Shown in pieces: positions 1 to 10,415 of a stretch of 64,000 nucleotides of DNA; the stretch's first letter is position 1; each line of letters starts with the position of its first letter. Both the position numbers and the translations under genes were made by a program. The notes under the pieces are model-generated. The model saw only the letters and a program-made list of their open reading frames with translations, was not told the origin of the DNA and made no database searches. The DNA is from Azolla caroliniana (taxonomy: Eukaryota; Plantae; Polypodiophyta): assembly GCA_043228905.1 (NCBI GenBank), contig JBHGNT010000002.1, positions 5,890,001 through 5,954,000 of the forward strand, given 5' to 3'.

Positions 1-182
1 AACCAAGTAGAATTTCTAGTCTATGTCATTTCCTTAGGAGGCATCTCCATGGATTCAGCTAAGGTCAAAACATTGGTAAAGTGACAGACTCCACGTTCGT
101 TGCGAGATGTGCAATGCTTTTTAGGATTTGCCAATTTTTAGCGCAAGTTCATACAGGATTACTCAAAGCTTGTTCTGCCTCT
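1..182 (+). mobile_element. Ty3/gypsy pol fragment (RT end), left half of the site interrupted by the Sola-like element
   Basis: Reads QVEFLVYVIS...DVQCFLGFANF*RKFIQDYSKLVLPL; the frame resumes at 16238 (TQLTRKGQLFIWSQEADMAFESLKKGFTSAPILAHVD). Confidence 0.9.
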
Positions 183-219
183 AACACGTTCGCGTTCACA
201 AGTGGAAGGATCTAGAGTC

Positions 220-2914
220 AAACCAAATGGTTTGACTCTAGATTATATGTAGGGGATCTCGTTTGCCTTTGACTAGAGCCACCTTGTAGACCTAGTAATT
301 TTTCTTTTATTATATCTATTGTTGACTTCCTTAATCATCCGGCTTTTGTAAGTGTGAAGTTGTACATGATGATATCCACATAAGAGATATCAAGGGTCGA
401 GGTGTTATAAATGTTTCGCTTCCTCTTTCTACCTCCTCTTCTTGTTGGGCATTCAATCATCTCCAATGTATACTTACCTGTAAAAGCATTTGCTCTTCTA
501 GTGTTGTACCAATGAACATTTATAGACTTGATCGTGTTTTCTATTTCATGCATTAGCACTTCTAGAATTTTACCAACCCAAAATTGGTGGCCATGTGAGT
601 TCTCATCAGCCGGCGTTGCAATCAACATCCCCACCGTGAGCTCTTGCAAATTGCCTTGCCATCTAGCTTCGGCTGCTTTGGTCATCCTTGGTTCCACATA
701 AATGTCTCTTTCTTGTGGATGGACCAAACTGTCATCAATCACATTTGCTGGTTGCTCCGGAGTTCTATTTACACAATCATTTTGCAGCGACCATGTGAAT
801 GGCGTTTCCAAATTCCAATTATCACCAAATACACAATTGTCTATAATTCCTTTCTAATCACTATAAAATACATCCCACCATGACGTGTCTTGTTGTGCGG
901 CATATTTCTTGGCGGCCTCAATATGCTTTCTTTTTCCTTCTAAGGCTTGTAGCCATAACCGTTTTTGTTCCGATACCAAGTCACTCTGCAACTGTCCTTT
1001 CTTCTCAATTGGCATTTGCTTAGCTCCATGTACAATTGTACTCGGCATACAAAGTAATAACTGCCAACCACCTTCAGGTTCCCATGTTGTAGAAGATGAA
1101 TATTTTTTAGCATAGAAAAGTGTAGAACCACTTATTTCATTTTTCTTTATCATAAAAATGTGATTGAAGCTTATATTGTTTAACGGGGCAAGTACTTTAA
1201 CATTCCCAACTCCCCCATCTGATATATATCTCTTAAAGTCATATACCTCCTTCAAGTGTAACACTTTTGGGCGTGGTGTATATGCATCACAAATGATATC
1301 AAATAGTTTAGGTAATGTGAAAGCATCATGCCAAGACAACTATCTAGAGAATGTGCTAAACATCTTATCTATATGATCATGTGTGTGGCCAACCAAAAGA
1401 AAATTGACTTTCACTTTTCTAAACAATCCTTGGTTGACCAACATACTTAGATAGCCAAACACATTTGAATTTTTGTTCTCTCTAGTAGTATTGTCCAATT
1501 GAATGTATAGAATAGGGGGGAAAGGTTGGCCCCAAGACATCAAAACTCGGTGAATCACTATAACTGTTAGGTTAGGGTCATTGTGAACATTGGGGTATGT
1601 AATGAAGACGTGAGGTCCAACAAACCTATTATAAGCCAAGCCTCCCACCAAGTGCATTTGAACAAGGCACTCATTATTGACGTCTTTGGGGAGCCTCCGC
1701 ATATGCGGCAAGCACGTCTTCTTCTGGTCCATGCCATCTATCATTAAGCACATGTATTGTTCGGGCCTCTTCAAACACTTCTCTCTATGTTGCATCGCCT
1801 TCTTTCATTCTAACGATTGTGCCTCACGATGCTCTTGTAGTAACTTCTTACTCATATCCCTTTCCATTGATGTATTTGCACCTTTAGCCAAACTTTTAAC
1901 ATTTGCACAAATGGACCAATACCCCATGCGTACTTTACGTGGAATGATAACATTTGAAAACTGAGCTCTCCATAATCTTGTGAATTGGCTATATGTGATA
2001 GACTTATTATGTGAGCCCACCATATCAGATTAATAGACATCATAAACTTCCCGATGTGTGTAATTATCAGAGAGGTGCATCCTACCTATAGTGGGCATTA
2101 CTTCACAATTTAACTGAAAGTAACTTTTCATCCAACCAATAGCATGTCTCCCAATTGCACCTTTCATACTTGGAACCTCTTTACAATTGAGCATCTGATC
2201 CCCACTAAGTAGACGTTGTTGTACTCTATGTAGCCGCATGTTACTAACACATAACGCAATTTTGAATGCAACTCTACATATCTGTTGCACATGGAAGATA
2301 TAATACTCAAATGATACTTTGATCCCCATACATTTCTCAAACACTAGTTGCATATGTGACCCGAGGTAAGTGTCTTACTCATCACCAGTCATCGAAAAAT
2401 AGTATCACCTTAATTCTCGCAACTTTCATTTTCCAATCATAGACATACAACCATGGGCACAACATATTTTTTTGGCATCAAATCCAATCTGTTTATCTGA
2501 TGCCAAGTTAAATCTGGCCAGACGAATTCTTCGTGGGATTCTTCTAATATGCATAGGGCTTCCAGATTTCTCTTCCTACATAGAAGTTGGTGTAACCTTG
2601 TTACTATCCAATTCTTTGTTGTGACCATCGCCCATGATATTCGATGTTTCATTGGCACTACCTTCATTCTCCGTATCTTTATTAATATCGTATTCTTCAA
2701 TAGAGAACTCTTCACATGTGTCATTATTCACATTCATTATAGGTGAAGATGAGCTCAGACAATACTCTTCGATAGAATATGGTGAGTCTGTCGACAGACA
2801 ATATTCTTCAATAGAAAATGGCGAGTCTGTCGACAAACAATACTCTTCAGTAAAAAACGAAGAGTCTGATGACAAACAATATTCTTCAATCGAGAACGGT
2901 GAATCTTCACTCAT
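220..2914 (-). pseudogene. Sola1/DUF7869-like DDD transposase with C-terminal beta-rich (SH3/Tudor-like) domain
   Basis: ORFs 2576-2914, 2030-2353, 1805-2023, 1340-1795, 854-1339 and 335-811 join into one decayed ORF; the stops I checked look like C>T changes. Motifs: ICCAHGC, ICRVAFKIAL, IDGMDQKKTCLPH, ILYIQLDNTTRENKN, FLLVGHTHDHIDKMFS; C-terminal FWVGKILEV...INVHWY. Confidence 0.82.
2750..2910 (-). repeat. 39-bp coding tandem repeat (DSPFSIEEYCLST x4) at the transposase N-terminus
   Basis: Visible in ORF 2576-2914. Confidence 0.85.
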
Positions 2915-3067
2915 GGCTTAAGGTCCACATAGAGCTCTTTAAGTTATGTGCTTAGGCTAAGGCAAAAAACTGATAAGCTCCACTCTAAACATAAACTCCT
3001 CTCTAAATAGAAGCTCCCTCAATATAATGTCTATATTATTTAATATTATATTAATACAATACATAAA

Positions 3068-3630
3068 TTTTAGGAACTACAACGTTCCTTATGCGCAACA
3101 CTCGGCCACAACCGAGCTAAGAATCATACACAGAAAACGGGAAATGAAATGCATGACACAAAGAAGAGACGAGTGCACAGGATGTTTACGTGGAAAGCCC
3201 AAAGAGGGAAAAACCATGGCAGCCCACAGGCTGAAAACTATCACTATGCTAGAATGTACAACAGTGAGTTCACGGAGGCAACGACTTCGTGCTCACGATC
3301 CTCGCCACAGGCGGTGGTTACAACAGAGGCAACAACCTCTCTCTCTCTCTCTGTACACAGTTACACGCACTATCTCCTTCCACCAACAAGAAAATGACAA
3401 CAACTAACAATTACCTAAAGGTTTGCCCTAAGTCATATTTATACTAATATGACTTTTCGGCTATTTACAAATATAGCCTCGATGGGCTCTCAGAAACATA
3501 TTTACGAATATGTCTCTTCATCTGGTGAGCATTCCTCACCGGGTCTGCACCATCCGGCTCTTCGTAGCCGGGTACTCCTCATCCGGTTCATACCGGGTCT
3601 GCACCATCCGGAGGGACTTGTCTCCCAACA
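3068..3630. mobile_element. Solo LTR between the two divergent genes
   Basis: Ends ...TCTCCCAACA; perfect ATAAA TSD (3063-3067 and 3631-3635); same family as 27414-28198. Confidence 0.85.
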
Positions 3631-4165
3631 ATAAAAAATATTATTTTTAATATAATAATTGTATTCAACATATTAATAATTACTTAAACTAGTCTGTATG
3701 AAGTTAAATCAAGTATAATATAATTACAATCATTACCAAGCCATATATATGTTGGATTAAAGTTAAAATCATTGGTTAATTAATGGCACCCATATTTAAT
3801 ATAGAACTTCTCAGTCATTGGTTCATTCATGCCGACCATTTTAAATATAAGACTTTTCAATCATTAGTTCATTCATGCCCACATCTTTAATACAAAGCAA
3901 TTAAGAGTCATAAAAATGTTGCTTTCAATAATCAATCATTGGTTCATTCATGAATCTCTATCATTGTTTCCTTCATGACCTTCAAAGTCATTGTAAGTTA
4001 TTTTGACTATAAAATATTCATCAATATGTTAGTTTAACTTTGTAATCATTGATGCAATCATAAGTAACTCTGGTTAAAGTGACTGTGGTTACTAACTAAC
4101 TAACCTCAAGCTTGCCAACCCTGGTAAAACTGACTGTGGTTACTTTAACCACTGTGGTCAATCCC

Positions 4166-4173
4166 TATAAATA
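4166..4173 (+). promoter_or_regulatory. Putative TATA box of the ParB-MTase gene
   Basis: CCCTATAAATAGG about 120 bp upstream of ATG 4291, preceded by repeated TCATTGGTTCATTCATG-like motifs (about 3770-4060). Confidence 0.55.
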
Positions 4174-4372
4174 GGAAGACCTCATCATATTTCAGTCGCG
4201 CGAAACACAAGACTACACAGAGCAAACAGAGCATACAGAGCACGAAGCACGAAAGCGAGATCTCCGCCTAAAAATCGACAAATAGCAACCATGTCTTCAA
4301 AGAAAGTCGAGCGCCAAGACTCCAAGTAACCCTCTAACACTATGGACATTTTTGTAAATATGTTTTAGCATC

Positions 4373-4926
4373 AGGAACTCGATACAGCGTATCGAGTTCT
4401 TGTGTGAAGTGTAGGTTTTATTCAAGAACTTGATACGTGATATCGAGTTCCTGTTTAAAGTGTTTGTTTTAAAGAGGAACTCGATACGCCATATAGAGTT
4501 CCTATATTATGTTTGCGTTTTAAACATGAACTCGATACGCTGTATCGAGTCCCTGTATAATGTTTGTGTTTTATAAAGTTGTTGTTTTAAAGAGGAACTC
4601 GATACGCCGTATCGAGTTCCTGTATAAAACACAAACATTATACAGGAACTCGATACGTTGTATCGAGTTCCTGAATTATGTAACACTTTTACAGAGGAAC
4701 TCGATACCACGTATCGAGCTCCTGTATTATGTTTGTGTTTTATACATGGACTTGATACGACATATCGAGTTCTTGTATAAAGTTCCTGTTTTATACAGGA
4801 ACTCGATACACTGTAACGAGTTCCTGTGTAAAGTATGTGTTTGATACACGAACTTGATACCCTGCATCGATTTCATGTATAGACACAAACTATATACAGG
4901 AACACGAGATAGCGTATCGAGTTCCT
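4373..4926. repeat. Array of 11 palindromes GGAACTCGATAC-N3-GTATCGAGTTCC, about 52-bp period, in intron 1
   Basis: Read directly; linkers are related AT-rich variants. Remnants occur in copy 2 at about 43290-43560. Confidence 0.92.
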
Positions 4927-7900
4927 ATATAAAACAAGAACTTTAAAGAGGAATATTATCGATTTGGGGCAACAATTTAGTATTGTGTGAAAAGATATCA
5001 AACTTGATGTCAAAATCAGTCTTTTTTTAGGGTGATTTGCCTAATTTTGTAAGCAATAGGGGCCTTAATTATAGAGGTTTTATGACCTAGTATAGCTTTA
5101 AATAGTAGAAAATAACCCACAAATTACCTTTACCATACCAAACTCAAGTCTATCATATGCAAATTCTCTAGAATATGGATATGGAATCAATATAAGCCAT
5201 ACCTACCCTTCAAGACAATATATATCCTTGTATACTTATTAAGATATATATTTTCTAAGTTGAATAGCCCTTACTAGAATGGATTTCTGAATAAAGGACT
5301 ACCATGTTCACTCAATGCATGATTGATATTTATAGTTTACCACAAATCGCCTGCTAGTTTATGTCTTCATCTAATTATTTGTATTTTAATATACAACCTT
5401 AATCTATGTGACCACCTAACTTATGTTTTCGCATGTCCTTTTTTAAATAGGTCGTTTGAGAACTTGTCGGACCGACTTGTGAAGAAGATAAAGCTCCGCA
5501 TACAGGGTTCTCCAATTGAAACACAAACCCTAATAGCTCCCGAGAACATGAAGAGAGGAAAAAAGCTTCTCTTCAACGAGGAGACAAAATCTCAACCACC
5601 CATTGAGGTTAGCCAAAAGAAACTATTAGTAGCTACTGGTGGTGAAGACCTTCCTGACCGTGATCTAACCGACAAGGAATGGTGTATGCAATATGTCAAC
5701 TCCAAGAAAAAAGTCGTATTGTATACATCAAAGAAGAAGGGCGAGCGGCAGCTTGAAAATGAAAACCCATTTATGTATGGCCGTATTCTCCGATTTGACT
5801 GCGAAGATGCAGATTCGGCCAACATACTTGTAATGATAGAGTGCTCTAAGGGGGTACGTAAAGTGTTCCTTTCCGAAGATCTTTTAGTAAAGGAATCTTG
5901 TGGGCCAGAAGCTTTCAAAAAAGATCTAGAAAGCTCACAAAACCTTATTGTTACCTTGAGGCCTTATATACAAGGCCATGTAACTCTAAGGGAGCCATTG
6001 TCCTCCCCAGTGAAGGCCACAAAAAGGGCATCTAAAGTACAATCAAGACCACCAAAATGTCGGACTCTGACTCATCAAGTGAAAATGAAGATGAGGACAC
6101 TAAGGGGACGCCAGGAGCTGAGTTGGCATCGGGTGTGTTATCATCCGAGTAGAATAAGATACGAAGAGAGTTAATGCAGCGTAAACTGGTAAGGAAAGGG
6201 CAAGTGTTTAATTTGCCTATAACACACATCCATCAGCCCCCTATTGATGAAAAAACAGGACGAATACCACTTGAGATTAGAGAGCCACACCAAAGGCATG
6301 TTCAAAATCTCAAGAAAAAAATGAAAATTAATCCTCATGCTACCGTTGTGCCTTTTATTGTTATGGTGGATCCTAAAGAATGTGAAACCATTGAAGATTT
6401 TGATATAAGAAAGCATGATCAATATAATTACTTTGTCATTAGTGGATCACATTCAGCGGAGGCACGTTGGCAACTTGTGAGAGAACATCCAACGACTTTC
6501 TTCTTCAAGTATGCCGAGTGCAAAATTTACGTGGGTCTCACAACTGAAGAGGCAAAGCTGTTGGCATGGGACCACAATAATGATAATGACTATAGGCAAA
6601 AAATGTTATTGATTGAGCGTATAAGGTTCTTCCACCACGAGTATTTGGACGTCAAACAAAAGTTTGGTGTGAAGTTACATCCAGGCCTACGATGTCAATA
6701 CTTGCATGAAGTCGGCATTGTGGTAGATGATAATGTTAAGTCCGATGGTCCTCGAAAATATGAGTCTTGGTTTCAATTGGCCTTTAGAGATGGAGAAGAT
6801 CAAATCTTCTCAATGTGGGAGAATAAGGAGGTCAAGGGTCAACGACAAAAGAAATGTAAGGTTGACCCACAATTAGAATTAAAGTCACAAGCGGCCAAGA
6901 AAATTGACTTGACAATTGAAGAAGCGGCTGACGACATGAAGCTGTCTCTGTGGAGAGCAATGCAAGGTATTAAGGACGAGCAACTTCTTGTGTCTGTTTT
7001 GTCAAGGGTTGTGTCCAAAGATTTAAGCCTTGAAGAAATGGTGATTGACTTCAATAAGTCTTTCAAATACCGATATTGAAGTCTATATGGTGCAATTGGA
7101 AGTTCTAATCTCGTTTTCTAATTTCACAGTCATAAGGTGTACATGAAGATCCAAGAAGTTATGATGAAACAACTTGGATGTATAACTTGGGAACAAGTGA
7201 CCGAGGATTATCCTCTAACTTCTTCATATAAGGCGTTATCAGAGTATTTTATTGCATTCAACGATTGGGTTAGTATTGGTGGTTTTTCATTAAGTTTTCA
7301 TCATATGTAGAGCTTGTATAATAAAACTTGATGTCCTATTGCTTCTATTAGAAACCGTGTCGTGGCAAGAAACAAGGAGAAGTTAAGGATATACATGATT
7401 TCCCAACATCCTTCCTTGCACATCTCGAGAGAGTCAGAAAAGAAAAGGATCGTTGCTTAGTCAAGGCGTACGAAATGGAGGAAGATGGCTCCTTCAAAAA
7501 ATTTAGCCACAAAAAAGATATTACGAGAGATCTTTACTACAATGTGGTTTGCGGCGATGTCATTGACATCATCCAAAAAGTGCCAAAGAAGGAATATACG
7601 CTAATGATTGCGGATATTCCTTACGGATTTTGAATGGTAGGGTCATCATACGACGATGAACCATTTAGGTTTAAACAATTGGAGAAGATGGTCAAGGATT
7701 TTACTGAGCTAACGACTGCATCCTTGTGGAGAATAGTTGTCCTTCATAGTATGGACCAAGGGTACTCGATAGCTCAAGCTTTGAGATCTCGTTTCCATGG
7801 CATCGAGAACCTTGCATGGTAAGGATTATTTATAGGTCCCATTCACTATATTGCCTTTCTTAAGATTGTTCAATCTATTCTTAACTCGATGTAATATTTT

Positions 7901-7971
7901 TTATAGGATAAAAACCAATGTAAATAGAGGGCCAAGCTTTCAGTTCGTTAATGCGATTGAATGCATCACGG

Positions 7972-8853
7972 TGTCGTGAAGAATGTGCTTCACGATATAA
8001 AAATGAGCTTAAATGTTGTATTTAATAATATTTGAGAGACTTGAACCCACATCCTTATATACGATGTACAATGTACATACCACTAGGCTAGGCTATTTGT
8101 AAAAGTGTGTAATAAATGTGCTTCATGATATAAGAATGAAGCTATATATTGTATTAAGTAAAATTGAGGGACTTGAACCCTCAACCTTGTATACCAAGCA
8201 CCAAGCATACACCACTAAGCTAGGTTAGTTATTTTAGAATGCATTTTCATCATTATACTTATCCCATATCTATTTTCATACATAGCCATCATTCATCACA
8301 TGCAATGCATGTGCACCAAATGGTGATCATGCATTACATGTAACTCATGCATTGCATGCATGCCATGCTCCCATACATTACCATATGCATGGCAACACTT
8401 ATATAAAGAGGGGAAAGGGAAAACAAGGTAATGAATCAAGGGAGAGTGAGAAAATAATATAATCAAGTAAAGAAGACTAGCTCATTGGGTGGAGAACCTC
8501 TCGTTTCGAAGTTGAGGTCGTGGGTTCAAATCAAGGGTCGATAGAGAATGTGTTCAGTTTGCGATCAAGGATTGTACTTTTAATATACATTGAATGTTTA
8601 TATCATATACTCTTGTTCCTTGAATCATACTTTGTCTCAATCTTCTATCTTGAATCATACATTGTCTCTATCTTTTATCTATGCTCGTCTCTCTCTCTCT
8701 CTGACACATACACACATTACTCGTAACTCTTCTTCTTACTATCCTTAACCATTCTATCATCACCATACAAGCCTTATTAAAAGTTAAGTTTCTTCAACTC
8801 CCCTTAACCTTAGTCCCCGCGACTTCGCCGCACGAACCACAACTACCTCGACA
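7972..8853. mobile_element. Solo LTR (gypsy-type) inserted in MTase exon 5
   Basis: TGTCG...CGACA ends with ACGG duplication; removal restores ...ECITVGYFDE... in frame. Confidence 0.85.
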
Positions 8854-9939
8854 ACGGTTGGCTACTTTGATGAAATTAAGAAACAAAGAATCAAGGAGCA
8901 TTCTAATGAAGTGGGAGGTTCAAATCTGCTAGTATATCCAGCAGTGACACGGAAATTGCGACATGTCACCACGACAAAACGGGGACTTGTCAACCCATTC
9001 CAAAAACCTCAACGACTTATGATGCGCTTGATCAAAATATTTTCTATCGAAGGAGACTGGATATTAGATCTCTTTTTTGGCACAGGTATTCCTCGAACTA
9101 GGGTAACGATCTTGAGATAACCAATACCGAATCTTTTTTGTTTGAGAACTAATTCTTTTTGTTACTTTCTTCATAGGAACGACGTCTACATGTGCATTGA
9201 AGCTCTTTAGAAACACAGTTGCATTGGAGAAGGACGAGGAGGAGGTTATATTTATAAACATGAGGATTAAGGCTTTGTGGGAATGCCCAGACCAGGACGA
9301 GGAGGTCGGTGCAAAGAACCTCACTGATACAAAAAGGTTTCACCCTGCTTCGTGAGAGCCTATTCCCCCGCTAATAGATATTTCTTTGGCTCGGCTAACA
9401 GGGGAAGCCAATGCACGTATAGCCAAAAAGACTTCTACAGGATGATGAAGAAAATGACATTGATGATTTGATTGCTATGTAATGGACTCTATGAAGAAAA
9501 TGACATTGATGATTTGTTTGGATTTCACATTATTAATACAAATTTTGGGTTTTACTTGGTGGATTCTATTCTTTATAATCTTCTATATGTTTCAATTTTA
9601 TTTTTATATACTTGGTTAGTAGACTTATGACATTGGTTTCACCGCGTGCATAGTTGACTACCAAATTTATGGAGAAACATGAATTAGTTTAAATTGAGGT
9701 TGATTTTGGGCCAAGTTTACCTTAACATAACATGGTCGTAGAATTGTTTCTATGACTGTCCATGTTGTTATTATGGATCTTTGTCTTCTATTGTTAAAAC
9801 TATTATGTTTCTATTCCATTGCTGCTTAGATTTTGTAGTGTGTTGATAATGGTTCCACTAGCGTTATCCGCATGTTTTTATACGCTTGTAGTACCACTAG
9901 CGTTATCGTTCGGAGTTTAATCCCGTGTGAATCTCTCCT

Positions 9940-10195
9940 AAGCAATAGAGTAGATCAATTTTAAATACAAGTATGAAAGCCTTAATAGGTTTGTTATTTC
10001 CACCACATTATCCTAAAGTTCACTGTCTTACATTGTCCACAATTATATACATATGGTTTGATCCCATATGAACAAACTGAGGAATAGATGAGATCAACTT
10101 TAAATACAAGTATTGAATGCTTTAATAAGTTAGTTATTCCAATCACATTATCCTAAAGTGCACTATCCTACATTGTCCACAATTATATACATGCA
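9940..10195 (+). repeat. Two copies of an approximately 110-bp direct repeat downstream of the MTase gene
   Basis: AATAGA..AGATCAA..AAATACAAGTAT..CACATTATCCTAAAGT..CATTGTCCACAATTATATACAT occurs twice. Confidence 0.75.
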
Positions 10196-10415
10196 AGTAT
10201 GGGTCAAAGTATAAATTATAACTCATTTTATTAGTATGGTTACAAGTACACCTCATATTTTTGTAAAACTTACCAAATTAATATAAGTCTTTAACTTAGT
10301 GTTTCCCATGTCGCACATTAGTGACATACTGAGCCATTGTTGAACTTTATTATGCCTACATTAACTTATCAACACGTCCAAACTTGCATGATTTCTAACG
10401 ATCTCCACTCGTAGA

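Larger units (their letters stand above)
4291..9482 (+). pseudogene. Spliced ParB/Srx-like domain plus beta-class N6A/N4C DNA methyltransferase (N6_N4_Mtase-like)
   Basis: GT-AG exons with matching phases: 4291-4325, 5451-7057, 7130-7268, 7352-7818, 7907-9085 (split by LTR 7972-8853), 9177 to about 9480. Motifs: YFVISGSHSAEA; VVCGDVIDIIQKVPKKEYTLMIADIPYG (DIPY 7613-7624); WIKTN...NAIEC; NPFQKPQRLMMRLIKIFSIEGDWILDLFFGT|GTTSTCALKLFRNTVALEKD. One frameshift near 6050 and a few premature stops. The donor at 7058 (GTCTTT) is weak. Confidence 0.88.

Noticed and set aside
183-243. Helitron or other HUH element suggested by terminal hairpins
   Set aside because: No HUH or helicase motifs; TIRs and a DDD transposase indicate cut-and-paste.
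4373-4926. CRISPR array
   Set aside because: Spacers are related to each other, no cas genes are present, and the array lies in a spliceosomal intron.
8478-8545. Functional tRNA gene
   Set aside because: A and B boxes are present but I could not fold a convincing acceptor or anticodon stem; kept as a tRNA-like LTR module.
4291-9482. Bacterial contamination or a restriction-modification operon
   Set aside because: The gene has phase-compatible GT-AG introns, nested plant LTRs and C>T decay; no restriction enzyme gene is visible.
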